Assembly: GCA_041183865.1 (NCBI GenBank)
Contig: JBEGKW010000011.1
Span: forward strand, 6,900-70,899
Reading direction: 5' to 3'
DNA: 64,000 bases
Source: Actinomycetota bacterium
GTDB lineage: Bacteria; Actinomycetota; Actinomycetes; Actinomycetales; Microbacteriaceae
Shown: positions 49,102 to 59,659 of the stretch, piece by piece
Position numbering within the stretch: the first letter of the stretch is position 1
How the letters are laid out: each line of letters begins with the position of its first letter
The notes under the pieces: generated by a model
What the model was told of the DNA's origin: nothing
Databases searched by the model: none
What the model saw: only the letters and a program-made list of their open reading frames with translations
Made by a program: the position numbers and the translations under genes

Positions 49102-51609
49102 TTATTTGGTGGCGATGTTGACAAGCTTTGGAGCTCGCACGATGACGTTAGCGATTTCCTTGTCGCCAATGGCCTTCTTTACTGCCTCGGAAGCAAGCGC
49201 GAGCTCGCGTAGATCGTCTTCGGAAATGCCGACTGGGACCTCAAACTTGTCACGCACCTTGCCATCGACCTGCGCGATCGCAACAATCGAACTCTCTACC
49301 AAGAGCGATAGATCTGCCTCTGGAAGTTGCGCCAAGGCGACGCCTGGTTCATGACCAAGTTTCTGCCACATGTCTTCAGCGGTGTATGGAGCAAATAGAG
49401 ACAAGGCTTTGGCAACGGTCTCGGCAGCTTCGCGAACTGCTGGGTCAGCTTGACCTGCAGCACCGTCGATAGCCTTGCGAAGCGCGTTTACGAGCTCCAT
49501 GATCTTGGCAACACCAACGTTGAACTTGAAGTTCTCGATCAATGGTCCGAAGTCGCGAAGGAAGGTGTGGGTTGCCTTGCGCAGTTCTGAATTGCCGCCA
49601 GCGAAGCTAACACCAGGTAACGACTTCACATCATTGGCGGCTCTCCACGCACGTGCCAAGAACTTGGCCGAGCCGGCAGGTGAAACCTCCGCCCAGTCGA
49701 TGTCATCTTCAGGTGGTCCAGCGAAAGACATGGTGAGGCGCACGGCGTCAACACCGTGCTCGTCGAGCTGCTCACTAAGTGCCACGAGGTTTCCACGTGA
49801 CTTCGACATTGCGCTTCCGCCCATCAGAACCATGCCCTGGTTTAGGAGGCGCGTGAAAGGCTCTTCGAAATCTAGGTAATCGAGGTCGTGCAATACCTTG
49901 GTGACAAAGCGTGCGTAAAGAAGGTGAAGAATTGCGTGGGTGACTCCACCCACGTACTGATCAACCGGCGCCCAAGCCTTGGCTTCGTCCTTAGGGAAGG
50001 CAACTTCATCCGAGTTTGGCGACAAGAAGCGCAGGAAATACCAGGATGAGTCGACAAAGGTATCCATGGTGTCGGTGTCACGCTTCGCAGCCGCACCACA
50101 CTTCGGACAGTCGACGTTCACCCAATCGGTTGCTCCACCTAGCGGTGAAGTACCCTTTGGCTTTAGGTCTAGACCTTCGGCTGAAGGCAACAGCACTGGC
50201 AACTGGTCGGCAGGAACCGGAACTTCACCACATTTGTCACAGTGGATGATCGGAATCGGAGTGCCCCAGTAACGCTGGCGCGAGATTAGCCAGTCGCGAA
50301 GTCTGAAGTTCTTGGTCTTCTTACCCTTGCCCTCGGCCTGCAGCAGTTCAGCGATCTTGTCGATTGCTTCTTCTTTGCTTAGACCGTTCAGTGGACCTGA
50401 GTTGATTAGGGTGCCAGAACCAGTGGTCGGTGCTTCGCCGGTTGAAGGGTCTAGAGAAACACCGTTTTCATCCTTGACGTCAACTACGGTTCTGATCGGC
50501 AAGCCCATTGCCTTTGCGAACTCGAAGTCTCGCTGGTCGTGAGCAGGTACGGCCATGATGGCACCGTGGCCGTAATCGGCTAGTACGTAGTCTGAAGCCC
50601 AAATTGGCAACTTCTCACCGTTTACTGGGTTGATGGCAAAACGGCCAAGGTCGACACCGGTCTTAGGGCGGTCGGTGGCTAGACGTTCAATGTCGTTCGA
50701 CTGTTTGACCACTTCAAGGTAGCTGGTAAAGGCCTTCTGAACATCTGGGTTAGAGTCAGCGGCAAGTTCGGCAGCCAACGCACTGTCGGCGGCAACCACC
50801 ATGAAAGTTGCACCGAAGAGTGTGTCTGGGCGTGTAGTAAACACAGTTACCGGTTCGCTGCGACCCTCGATTTCGAAGTTAACATCTGCGCCGTAAGAGC
50901 GACCGATCCAGTTGCGCTGCATTGAAAGCACCTTGGCTGGCCAGTTGCCCTCAAGTGTGTCTAGGTCATCGAGCAAACGGTCGGCGTACTCGGTCACCTT
51001 GAAATACCACTGGGTAAGTGCCTTCTTGGTTACTACGCTGTCGCAGCGCTCACAAAGACCCTGCACGACCTGCTCGTTAGCCAGCACGGTTTGGCAGCTA
51101 GGGCACCAGTTGACGTTCGAGTTCTTGCGATAGGCGAGACCCTTGTTGTAAAACTCTAGGAACAGCCACTGGTTCCAGCGGTAATAGCTCGAATCCGAGG
51201 TGACTAGCACTCGGTCCCAGTCAAACGAACATGCGTAGCGACGCATTGATGACTTCTGCTGGGCGATGTTGTCGTAGGTCCAACCCTTCGGGTCTAGCCC
51301 ACGCTTGATAGCTGCGTTCTCTGCAGGAAGTCCGAAGCTGTCCCAGCCGATCGGGTGCATAACGTTAAAGCCCTTTTGAACCCAGTAGCGAGAGATAACG
51401 TCACCGAGGGCGTATGCCTCAGCGTGACCCATGTGAAGGTCTCCAGATGGGTATGGAAACATGTCGAGAACGTACTTCTTTGGACGCTCATCGCCTGGCT
51501 TACCAGAAGCGAATGGGCGCAGTTCGTCCCAAACTGGCAGCCACTTTTCTTGGATCGCAGCTACGTCGTATTCGTTCTCGGCCATTTCAGGCGCGTTTTG
51601 CTCAGTCAT
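49102..51609 (-). CDS. leuS: Leucine-tRNA ligase
   Basis: [34 protein letters not shown] and AMSKS motifs. Confidence 0.97.
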   Translation of the reverse strand: MTEQNAPEMAENEYDVAAIQEKWLPVWDELRPFASGKPGDERPKKYVLDMFPYPSGDLHMGHAEAYALGDVISRYWVQKGFNVMHPIGWDSFGLPAENAAIKRGLDPKGWTYDNIAQQKSSMRRYACSFDWDRVLVTSDSSYYRWNQWLFLEFYNKGLAYRKNSNVNWCPSCQTVLANEQVVQGLCERCDSVVTKKALTQWYFKVTEYADRLLDDLDTLEGNWPAKVLSMQRNWIGRSYGADVNFEIEGRSEPVTVFTTRPDTLFGATFMVVAADSALAAELAADSNPDVQKAFTSYLEVVKQSNDIERLATDRPKTGVDLGRFAINPVNGEKLPIWASDYVLADYGHGAIMAVPAHDQRDFEFAKAMGLPIRTVVDVKDENGVSLDPSTGEAPTTGSGTLINSGPLNGLSKEEAIDKIAELLQAEGKGKKTKNFRLRDWLISRQRYWGTPIPIIHCDKCGEVPVPADQLPVLLPSAEGLDLKPKGTSPLGGATDWVNVDCPKCGAAAKRDTDTMDTFVDSSWYFLRFLSPNSDEVAFPKDEAKAWAPVDQYVGGVTHAILHLLYARFVTKVLHDLDYLDFEEPFTRLLNQGMVLMGGSAMSKSRGNLVALSEQLDEHGVDAVRLTMSFAGPPEDDIDWAEVSPAGSAKFLARAWRAANDVKSLPGVSFAGGNSELRKATHTFLRDFGPLIENFKFNVGVAKIMELVNALRKAIDGAAGQADPAVREAAETVAKALSLFAPYTAEDMWQKLGHEPGVALAQLPEADLSLLVESSIVAIAQVDGKVRDKFEVPVGISEDDLRELALASEAVKKAIGDKEIANVIVRAPKLVNIATK

Positions 51610-51664
51610 TTACTCGCTTTTCATAAAATCTGTGGGTCAAAAACCCGTTCTTCAAGGTTACCAA

Positions 51665-52954
51665 TCAAGCCCATGGGTCGGTGGCGTTTAGGGCACTAAG
51701 CAACGCTTGGGCTTTAAGTTTTGTTTCCTCTAGTTCGGCGGTCGGATCAGAGTCGATGGTGATGCCGCCGCCGACTCCAATCTTGATGATTTCCCCTTCG
51801 AAAACCATGCTTCGAATGACCATTGCAAACTCAGCTGAGCCATCGGCGGCGAGATAACCAACACAGCCTGAATAGATTCCACGAAGGCCCTGCTCTAACT
51901 CGCGAATGATTTCCATCGCTCGAAGTTTCGGCGCACCGGTCATCGAGCCACCCGGAAAAGCGGCAAGGATGGCAGACCATGCCGACTCCCCCGGCGCTAG
52001 TCTGCCGGTTACGGTGCTAACCAGTTGGTGAACCGTCGCGTAACTTTCGATGTCAAACAGCAGCGGAACTGAAACGCTTCCAACCTCAGAAACCTTGCCA
52101 ATGTCGTTACGCATCAAGTCAACGATCATCAGGTTTTCGGCGCGCTCTTTCTTGTCTTGCTGAAGCTCGGCCGCGATTTCCGCATCCTGGTCGGCGGTCT
52201 CACCCCTTGGTCTGGTGCCCTTTATCGGTTTGCTAGATACGAGACCCTCGGTCGAGACTCGGATGAACTGTTCCGGTGATGATGAAACCAAGGCTTGGTC
52301 ACCAAATTTGATAAATGCTGAGTATGGCGCGGGGTTCGACTGCCGCAATCGCAACAAAACGGCCAGTGGGTCGCGCACGGCCTCAATGGTGATCTCGTTA
52401 GTTAGACAAACCTGGTAAACATCACCAATCTCAATGTGATGCTGGGCTCGTTCGATCAATGCAAGATAGTCGGTTGACTGGTGCCGAACTCGTGCAGGAG
52501 CCGGAACACCTTCTATCGGTTGCTGGTGCAGATAGGTGGCGACTTGGCCACCGGAAAATCCGAGGCGTAGAAGTGCCGCTTGGTGCCAAAACTCGAATTC
52601 AGCGGTCGATTCAAATGCGCCCACAAAATAGAGCCCCTGTTTCGCATGATCAAAAACAATCGCACGGTCGGCAAGGATGAAGTTTGGCTGAGACTCGTAA
52701 GAGAGAACGCCGACTAAACCAGGACGCCAGCTGAACGGAAGATCCGGTGAACCATCAAACTTGAGTCGAGTCAGCTGTTCAGGGATAGACGAGTTTGCAA
52801 AGTCTGCAAGCGGCCCCGCGCCAATCACCGAGAAGTTCGAGTCGGGGCTGTTCTCGCCGTCCAACCAAAACGCATTCTTTTCCGTCGAATAGAGCTGAAC
52901 AAACACATCCGCAGGGTGCACCCAACCCCCAAGAAAGGCACTGTGCAACTGCAT
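51665..52954 (-). CDS. pabB: Aminodeoxychorismate synthase component I (chorismate-binding)
   Basis: GDVYQVCLT, SSPEQF, KPIKGTRPR, AENLMIVDLMRND and FPGGSMTGAPK motifs; probable ATG 52954 after GAGG. Confidence 0.85.
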   Translation of the reverse strand: MQLHSAFLGGWVHPADVFVQLYSTEKNAFWLDGENSPDSNFSVIGAGPLADFANSSIPEQLTRLKFDGSPDLPFSWRPGLVGVLSYESQPNFILADRAIVFDHAKQGLYFVGAFESTAEFEFWHQAALLRLGFSGGQVATYLHQQPIEGVPAPARVRHQSTDYLALIERAQHHIEIGDVYQVCLTNEITIEAVRDPLAVLLRLRQSNPAPYSAFIKFGDQALVSSSPEQFIRVSTEGLVSSKPIKGTRPRGETADQDAEIAAELQQDKKERAENLMIVDLMRNDIGKVSEVGSVSVPLLFDIESYATVHQLVSTVTGRLAPGESAWSAILAAFPGGSMTGAPKLRAMEIIRELEQGLRGIYSGCVGYLAADGSAEFAMVIRSMVFEGEIIKIGVGGGITIDSDPTAELEETKLKAQALLSALNATDPWA

Positions 52955-53039
52955 AGGGTTCCTCTGTGGATGGCGATTGGGAAGAGTTTGATTCTTCATC
53001 TAGATTAGACGCATTAGCCACTTATCCTTGGGGAGCGAG

Positions 53040-53837
53040 ATGACCGACACTAGTCAGTTCTTCCAGTTCCGCGCGGGTGTTTTGACACCAATCCACGAGG
53101 CCTCTGCACTTGAAGTGCAGTTAGAAGTTGCCGACAGTTGGCTGGTCGAGGATGGTAAGTGCCGCAGCCTGCGTGCGCACCTCGATAGATTCTCATCCTG
53201 GGTGACCGAAATCAGCCCGGCCTGTGAGCCCTCGCTTGAAGAGTTCTTTCGACAGGTCATCGAAAAAATCCCGCCAACCGGCCGCTGGTTTCCGAGAATT
53301 GAATTCCACGCCGAAGCCGAATCTCCACACCACCTTTATCTTCGACTTCGAGAAGCGCCAGATCAGCTCGGCGAAGTAATCCTTTGGACGTTGCCAGAAC
53401 CCGACCCACGCATCAACCCAACAGTCAAGGGACCGGATCTAAGCCTGGGGATGCAAATGCGTCGCAATGCCAAGATGCATGGAGCTGACGAGGCCGTGAT
53501 CCTGGATGCAGAAGGTTTCATCCTTGAAGGTGCACTCAGTTCACTGGTTTGGTGGCGCGGTGAAACACTTTGCTCGTCAAGTGAGAATCAGCCTTGGTTA
53601 CCGAGCGTGACCCGCGAAGAGGTTTTCTCAATCGCAAAGCAGATGGGTTACGCCACCAAGACCGAAAAGGTTAAGCCGTCCGATCTAGTCGGCCTCGAAA
53701 TATGGGCATTGAGCTCGCTGCAGGGCATCCGTGTAGTTAGCGAGTGGATTGATCTCGGCGCACCAGTTGGTAGATCGGTACATTTCGAAGCCTTCAACAG
53801 AAGATTGCGAATGCTTTCAACCTCGATTTACCAATAG
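53040..53837 (+). CDS. pabC: Aminotransferase class IV (aminodeoxychorismate lyase-like)
   Basis: HLDRF, VKGPD, EGALSS and LPSVTR motifs; divergent from pabB. Confidence 0.7.
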   Translation: MTDTSQFFQFRAGVLTPIHEASALEVQLEVADSWLVEDGKCRSLRAHLDRFSSWVTEISPACEPSLEEFFRQVIEKIPPTGRWFPRIEFHAEAESPHHLYLRLREAPDQLGEVILWTLPEPDPRINPTVKGPDLSLGMQMRRNAKMHGADEAVILDAEGFILEGALSSLVWWRGETLCSSSENQPWLPSVTREEVFSIAKQMGYATKTEKVKPSDLVGLEIWALSSLQGIRVVSEWIDLGAPVGRSVHFEAFNRRLRMLSTSIYQ

Positions 53838-53854
53838 TCGAGCGACTTACTGCT

Positions 53855-55516
53855 CTACGGCAAACGTATTTCGAGATCAACCAATGAACGATATTTGCCT
53901 TCGTGGCTAATCAACACAATTGCCCTAGATTGGTCGTCGCGAAGAATGTCGAAAATGTCCTCCATCAATCGATTAGCCTGGGTTGCGTCAACATTCGCGG
54001 TTGGCTCATCCAGAATCAGAACTTGAAAATTTGCTAGGAGGGCGCGGGCTAGCGCCAACCTCTGTGCCTCTCCCCCGGAAATGAGCACCCCTCGGTCACC
54101 CAGTTGAGTGTCGAGCCCCTCGCGAGATTCAAACATCTTCCACAGCCCGACTCGCGAGAGTATCGCCATGAGCTCGGGATCGCTTGCATCGGGTTTAGCA
54201 ATAAGCAGGTTTGCCCTCACGTCACCAATGAATACCGTTGGGTTCTGCTCAACCAAACCAATCAATTTATTGACCGATTCGAAGTCGAACTGCTCCACGG
54301 GTTTTCCGTTAATCAAATACAGACCCGAATGTGCATTCATTAGCCGGCTCAGCACCAGTGCTACGCTGCTTTTACCCGAGCCGCTTTCACCACTTAGTAG
54401 CAGTTTCTTGCCGGGTTCAATGCGCAAATTCACGCCGCTAACCGCATCAACCTCTGCACCTGGATAGCGAACACTGATTGACTGCAAATCGATCGATTCA
54501 AAGTTTCGTACTGTCAGTGCTCCAGTCGTGATCTTCAGCGAATCAGGTATTTCGCGTTCTAATAATTCGCGCACCCGGCCGGAGCTCGAAGAGTAGCGGC
54601 GATAAGCAGATACCGCCGGCTGCGCGTTTTGAATAAGTTCAAAAATCGCCAAGGGCAACAGCACCAAAACAGCTAGCCAGACCCCTTGCAATCGACCAGA
54701 TTCAACAGCCAAACCACCGAACCAGGCACCGGATAGCATCGCCAAAGTAGCCAGCAAAGACAATAACGCCAGGCCGATGCCAGTTGAAGTATTGGTCTTC
54801 GAAACTGCAGCGCGCAGGCGAATATCAGTCTCTCTTAGCTCGTCCATTTTTTGCGGCATCCAGCCATAGGCAAGATATACGTCCTGATTCTCGATGAGAT
54901 TCAGGCTGAGATCCGAAAGCTGCGCTTTCAGCGGCGAAATCAAAGTGTCGCTTTGTCTTGAAGACCTTGCGCTCAATGGAATAGCAAGCAAGAAACCGAG
55001 TAGAACCGCAGCACATAGCAAGAAGCCCACCGAGGGCAGCAGTAACCAGACACATACGATGCTGGCCAGTGAAATGGAGATGGCTTGCAAAAGCGGGGCA
55101 ATAACCCGCAATGGCAGATTCTGAAGCTCGTCGACGTCACTTACCACCCGAGAGAGGGTTTCGCCGCGACCTAGCTGAGCGATGCCGCCAGGAAAGAATG
55201 GAACGAGCCGCGAGAACAAGATTGGCCTGCGCTTCGCCAACATTCGAAACGCAGAGTCATGGAGGAGAATACGCTCGAGATATCTAAACGTCGCCCGCCC
55301 AACCGCAAAGCCGCGCACACCTACGATTGCGATACCCAGATAGACGATCGAATTTACTTCGGCGGCTCTAGAAATCAACCAGGCTGAGACTCCGAGCAGA
55401 GCAACTGCCGATAATCCTTGTAGAACTGAAGCCAAGAGGCCGAGTTTGAATAACCCATCTTTTGGGATGCCGAGTCGGATGTTTTGTCGATGAGATCTAA
55501 ACAACGCCAACCTCAA
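53855..55516 (-). CDS. cydC: Thiol reductant ABC exporter CydC
   Basis: SAWLISRAA, VRGFAVGRATFRYLERILLHD, GESGSGKS, SGGEAQR and LDEPT motifs; start may be TTG 55504. Confidence 0.92.
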   Translation of the reverse strand: MRLALFRSHRQNIRLGIPKDGLFKLGLLASVLQGLSAVALLGVSAWLISRAAEVNSIVYLGIAIVGVRGFAVGRATFRYLERILLHDSAFRMLAKRRPILFSRLVPFFPGGIAQLGRGETLSRVVSDVDELQNLPLRVIAPLLQAISISLASIVCVWLLLPSVGFLLCAAVLLGFLLAIPLSARSSRQSDTLISPLKAQLSDLSLNLIENQDVYLAYGWMPQKMDELRETDIRLRAAVSKTNTSTGIGLALLSLLATLAMLSGAWFGGLAVESGRLQGVWLAVLVLLPLAIFELIQNAQPAVSAYRRYSSSSGRVRELLEREIPDSLKITTGALTVRNFESIDLQSISVRYPGAEVDAVSGVNLRIEPGKKLLLSGESGSGKSSVALVLSRLMNAHSGLYLINGKPVEQFDFESVNKLIGLVEQNPTVFIGDVRANLLIAKPDASDPELMAILSRVGLWKMFESREGLDTQLGDRGVLISGGEAQRLALARALLANFQVLILDEPTANVDATQANRLMEDIFDILRDDQSRAIVLISHEGKYRSLVDLEIRLP

Positions 55517-57011
55517 TCACTTGGTCAGCGACACTGATTATCGCTGCCTGATGAGAGATGGCCACGACAGCTTTGCCTTCTCGTGCAAACAGAGTAAGCG
55601 ATTCGACTAGGACTCTAGCCCTCTCATCATCGAGAGCCGAAATTGGCTCGTCGAGCAATAGAAATTTGGTTTTCTCATTCAACGAGCGGTAGAAAGCTCT
55701 AGCCGCGCATATCCTCTGAGCTTGCCCTCCAGACACGGATGATCCGTTTTCACCCACGAGAGTTAAGCCATCGAGATCATCAAGAGCCGCGCGCCTGATA
55801 GCTAGGTCTAATTTCGTGGAGTCGAAAGGAACACCGATGCCAACGATGTTTTCTACAACAGTTCCAGCAAACAACTTGTTTTGCTGAGGCATCCAGGCAG
55901 ATTCATCAAACGACAACACCGGAGCAGTGTCGCCCAGCCCTAATAGGTTGGAAAAAATCGTTGATTTACCTGCCCCCGATGGGCCGGTTATCGCGTAGAA
56001 GTGACCCAATTCAAAGTTCGGCAGATGAGGGGTCGCAGCCGCCACTCGTTTGGCTCGAGCACCATCGATTACATCGAGAATTCCGGTTGATGCCGCAACG
56101 CCATCAGCTGAAGCATGAAATTGAGCACCTACCTGCCGGAGCGGAAGAAATGCATCAGGTGCAAGCAGCAAGACAAACAAGCCAACGGCGAGGGTAATGT
56201 CACCGCTTAGCAGGCGAAGGCCGATCGAAACCGCTATGAGCGCGACGGCAAGGCTCGAAATCAGCTCCAAAGCGAACCCCGAGAGAAAAGTTAGGCGAAG
56301 CACCTTCATTGTGCGAACTCGATGTTCTTCGCTTACTCGAGTGAGAATTTCCACCTGCGATTTCGCCCGGTCGAAGATCTTTAGAGTGGTTAGTCCCCGG
56401 AGGACCTCTAGAAAGTGCCTAGAAAGGCTTGTGAGAGCATCGAGTTGCTTCTGCTGGACACTGCGCGTAGCCCAGCCAATCAATATCATGAAAATTGGCA
56501 CGAGTGGCAGGGTTAGCAGCAAAACTAAACCACTCGAAAAATCACTAAACCAAATAATCAAGACAAAGGCTGGGGTTACCAGAGCGGTGTAAACCACTTG
56601 AGGTAGATACTTGGCAAAGTAGGAGTCAAGTGAATCCAAACCCACTGTGGCAAGCAGATTCAACTCTGCAACACTTCGCTTTGCCACCCAACCTGGCCCA
56701 AGGCGGTTGACGGCCTCGAAGAACTTCTTTCGAAGCTCTAGCTTTACGGCAGCCGTTGCCCTAACCGCCATTACTTCTTGAAGCCAAATGGTCAAAGCCT
56801 TTGCGGTGCCTCCAGCCAAGAGCCAGCCAAGACTATAGGAAACAGATTTCACGGTGGCATGTTCGATGAAAACCTGGCTAATGAAGAACGAAGCGGCCCA
56901 GGCAATTGTGATGGTTGCGGCTGACCCAAGCATGGCAAGGGCGACCACGCCGGTGATAAACCAGCGGGCCGCCCCTGCCTCCCGAAGGAGTCTTGAATCA
57001 ATCGGTTTGAT
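55497..57011 (-). CDS. cydD: Thiol reductant ABC exporter CydD (probable ATC start, compact NBD)
   Basis: YFAKYLPQ, PLVPIFMILIG, RGLTTLK, FLSGFALE and PLRQVGAQFHA motifs; in-frame upstream KPIDSRLL matches the usual CydD N-terminus. Confidence 0.88.
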   Translation of the reverse strand: MKPIDSRLLREAGAARWFITGVVALAMLGSAATITIAWAASFFISQVFIEHATVKSVSYSLGWLLAGGTAKALTIWLQEVMAVRATAAVKLELRKKFFEAVNRLGPGWVAKRSVAELNLLATVGLDSLDSYFAKYLPQVVYTALVTPAFVLIIWFSDFSSGLVLLLTLPLVPIFMILIGWATRSVQQKQLDALTSLSRHFLEVLRGLTTLKIFDRAKSQVEILTRVSEEHRVRTMKVLRLTFLSGFALELISSLAVALIAVSIGLRLLSGDITLAVGLFVLLLAPDAFLPLRQVGAQFHASADGVAASTGILDVIDGARAKRVAAATPHLPNFELGHFYAITGPSGAGKSTIFSNLLGLGDTAPVLSFDESAWMPQQNKLFAGTVVENIVGIGVPFDSTKLDLAIRRAALDDLDGLTLVGENGSSVSGGQAQRICAARAFYRSLNEKTKFLLLDEPISALDDERARVLVESLTLFAREGKAVVAISHQAAIISVADQVIEVGVV

Positions 57012-57024
57012 GATTTGCTCGAAT

Positions 57025-58044
57025 CTAGTGCGAACCAGCCGGAATTGACTGGCGGCTCACACGCTTTCTGAAGACCCAGTAGGTCCATCCTTGATACAGC
57101 AGCACTAGTGGAATCATGACAACGGCTACCCAGCTCATCACAGTAAGTGTGTACTGGCTAGATGAAGCGTTATCAATGGTCAAGCTGAATGCAGGGTCGG
57201 TTGTCGATGGAAACACGTTAGGGAACAACGCAGCAAACATTGAACCTACTGCAGTCATGATCGTGAACACGAGAAGCGAGAATGAAACACCCTCCCGCTT
57301 GAAGTGATTGGCAAATAGCGCCGCGATCAGCGAAAGTGCAGCCAACGCGGTCAAGATGAATCCGATCACACTGAAGTGGGCTAGCAGAGTCCAGACCAAG
57401 AACACTGCGGCCAGGGCGGTGGCAATGACACCGACCTTCGAGGCCAATGCGCGTGCTCGATCTTTGATCTCTCCATCAGTCTTTAGTGTGATGAACACCA
57501 AACCGTGAGTGAAGAACAAGGTGAGAGTCACCAAGCCGCCAAGCAAACCGTATGGGTTCAGCAAGGTGAAGAGATTACCGGTGAATACGTGATCCTTATT
57601 TAGCGGCACACCCTGAACGATGTTGGCGAACGCAACACCCCAAAGCAGAGCCGGCAATGCCGAACCGACAACAATCATCCAGTCGAAACGCGACTTCCAC
57701 TTGGCTTCATTTGCACCAATGGTGTGACCCTTTCCGCGATATTCAAAAGCCACACCGCGGGCAATAAGAGCAGCCAGGATGAGCAGCAATGGCAAATAGA
57801 ACCCGCTGAAAAGCGAGGCATACCATTCTGGGAACGCGGCAAATAAGCTCGCGCCGGCGACCAAGACCCAAGTTTCGTTAAGATCCCAAACTGGGCCAAT
57901 GGTGTTGATTAGAACGCGGCGGTCGGTGTCATCCTTGCCAAGAAAAGGCAGCGACATACCGACACCGAAGTCAAAGCCATCGAGTACGAAGTATCCAATG
58001 AATAGGAAACCGACTACCAGGAACCAAATTTCGTTTAGTTGCAT
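57025..58044 (-). CDS. cydB: Cytochrome bd oxidase subunit II
   Basis: LDGFDFGVG, GPVWDLNETW, RGVAFEYR and YQGWTYWVFRKR motifs. Confidence 0.96.
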   Translation of the reverse strand: MQLNEIWFLVVGFLFIGYFVLDGFDFGVGMSLPFLGKDDTDRRVLINTIGPVWDLNETWVLVAGASLFAAFPEWYASLFSGFYLPLLLILAALIARGVAFEYRGKGHTIGANEAKWKSRFDWMIVVGSALPALLWGVAFANIVQGVPLNKDHVFTGNLFTLLNPYGLLGGLVTLTLFFTHGLVFITLKTDGEIKDRARALASKVGVIATALAAVFLVWTLLAHFSVIGFILTALAALSLIAALFANHFKREGVSFSLLVFTIMTAVGSMFAALFPNVFPSTTDPAFSLTIDNASSSQYTLTVMSWVAVVMIPLVLLYQGWTYWVFRKRVSRQSIPAGSH

Positions 58045-58065
58045 TTTGTTTTCTCCTTCTGGTTT

Positions 58066-59487
58066 CTAGTAGGCAACGGCCATTTTGTCGGCGTCTTCAG
58101 AAACTGATTGCTCTTCGACACCCTTTTGGGCTGCGGCAAGAAGCAGTCTCAACTCGACTACTGCTAGCACGCCGTAGATCAGCGTGAAGACAATAAGCGA
58201 GATCAAGACGTCGACACCATTGATGCCCGGGGAAACGGCGCTTGCTGTTTTCATGAGCTTGAAGACGATCCATGGTTGGCGGCCCATTTCGGTGAACATC
58301 CAACCGATTGAGATACCAAGCACTGGGATGGGTGCACCCCAGATGGCAACGTTCCATACCCAGTTAGGTAGGTTGTACTTCCATTTTCGGGTAAGCACCA
58401 ATCCGGTCACCGCGATCAACATCGAAAGCAGACCGAGGCCAATCATCCAGCGGAATGCCCAGTATGTAATCCAAAGCACTGGCATGTAGTTGCCTGGGCC
58501 GTACAGGTGCACGTATTGAGCCTGAAGATCGTTTAGGCCCTCAACCGTGCCATTGATGGTGTGTGTTGAAAGGTATGAGAGCAGATAAGGGATGCGAACC
58601 GAAAAGAGTTCGCTCACGCCGTCTGGGGTTCCCAGGGTAAAGATTGAGAACGAGGCGTCGGCGCCGGTTGAAGTGTTGTAGAGCGCTTCGGCAGCCGCCA
58701 TCTTCATAGGTTGAGTTTGAACCATCGCTAGGCCCAGACCGTCACCGGTGATGATGGTACCGATTCCACCGAGCAACACAGTCCATAGACCGAAACGAGT
58801 CGCAGTGCGCATCGGTTCGACAAACTGCTTGCGCTTCAGGTGGTAGGCGCCAACTGCGACGACTACCGCACCCGCAAACATAAATGAAGCGGTGATGGTG
58901 TGGGGAAATTGGTTCAACGCGACGATGTTGGTCAGTACGGCACCGATGTCAACAAGCTCTGCGCGGTTCTTGGCTTCATTGATTTCAAAGCCAACCGGGT
59001 TCTGCATGAAAGCATTCGCCGCAAGGATGAAGTACGCAGATAGCCAAACGCCGAGTGCGGTCATCCAAATGGTTGCCAAGTGAACTTTCTTTGGGAGACG
59101 ATCCCAACCAAAAATCCAGAGACCGATGAAGGTCGACTCGAAGAAGAAGGCAAGTAGACCCTCCATCGCCAACGGGGCTCCGAAGACATCTCCGACAAAC
59201 CTCGAGTAGTCAGACCAGTTCATTCCGAATTGAAATTCCTGAACAATTCCGGTGACAACGCCCATAGCGAAGTTGATCAGGAATACTTTTCCGAAAAGCT
59301 TCGTTAGCTTAAGAAACTTCTCGTTGTTAGTGCGAACCCAGGCGGTCTGGAGAATCGCGACCAAGACAACCATGCCGATCGTGAGCGGCACGAATAAGAA
59401 GTGGTAAACGGTGGTTAGGCCGAACTGCCAGCGCGATAAGTCGAGCGCGCTGAGGTCGGTTAGCACGGCTGGGATAGCGGTGTGCAT
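58066..59487 (-). CDS. cydA: Cytochrome bd oxidase subunit I
   Basis: RWQF...YHFLFVP, EFQFGMNW, QPMKMAAAEA and EMGRQPW motifs. Confidence 0.96.
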   Translation of the reverse strand: MHTAIPAVLTDLSALDLSRWQFGLTTVYHFLFVPLTIGMVVLVAILQTAWVRTNNEKFLKLTKLFGKVFLINFAMGVVTGIVQEFQFGMNWSDYSRFVGDVFGAPLAMEGLLAFFFESTFIGLWIFGWDRLPKKVHLATIWMTALGVWLSAYFILAANAFMQNPVGFEINEAKNRAELVDIGAVLTNIVALNQFPHTITASFMFAGAVVVAVGAYHLKRKQFVEPMRTATRFGLWTVLLGGIGTIITGDGLGLAMVQTQPMKMAAAEALYNTSTGADASFSIFTLGTPDGVSELFSVRIPYLLSYLSTHTINGTVEGLNDLQAQYVHLYGPGNYMPVLWITYWAFRWMIGLGLLSMLIAVTGLVLTRKWKYNLPNWVWNVAIWGAPIPVLGISIGWMFTEMGRQPWIVFKLMKTASAVSPGINGVDVLISLIVFTLIYGVLAVVELRLLLAAAQKGVEEQSVSEDADKMAVAY

Positions 59488-59563
59488 TGCCTTCTCTCTT
59501 TCCGAAGACGCTAAAAGTGCTTCTTCAACTTAGGTCTACTCCTGTTTATAACGTTTACGCAAC

Positions 59564-59582
59564 GAAGGTTTGCCTAACCTAA
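59564..59582. promoter_or_regulatory. Putative DtxR/IdeR iron box between cydA and dedA
   Basis: Minus strand TTAGGTTAGGCAAACCTTC matches TTAGGTTAGGCTAACCTAA at 16/19 positions. Confidence 0.6.
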
Positions 59583-59659
59583 GTTTCTAGAACGCTTTTC
59601 TATATCGCCACATTCGTCGACTCAGAGATTCCGAGTGCTTCAATGCTTAGGATTGAGCC

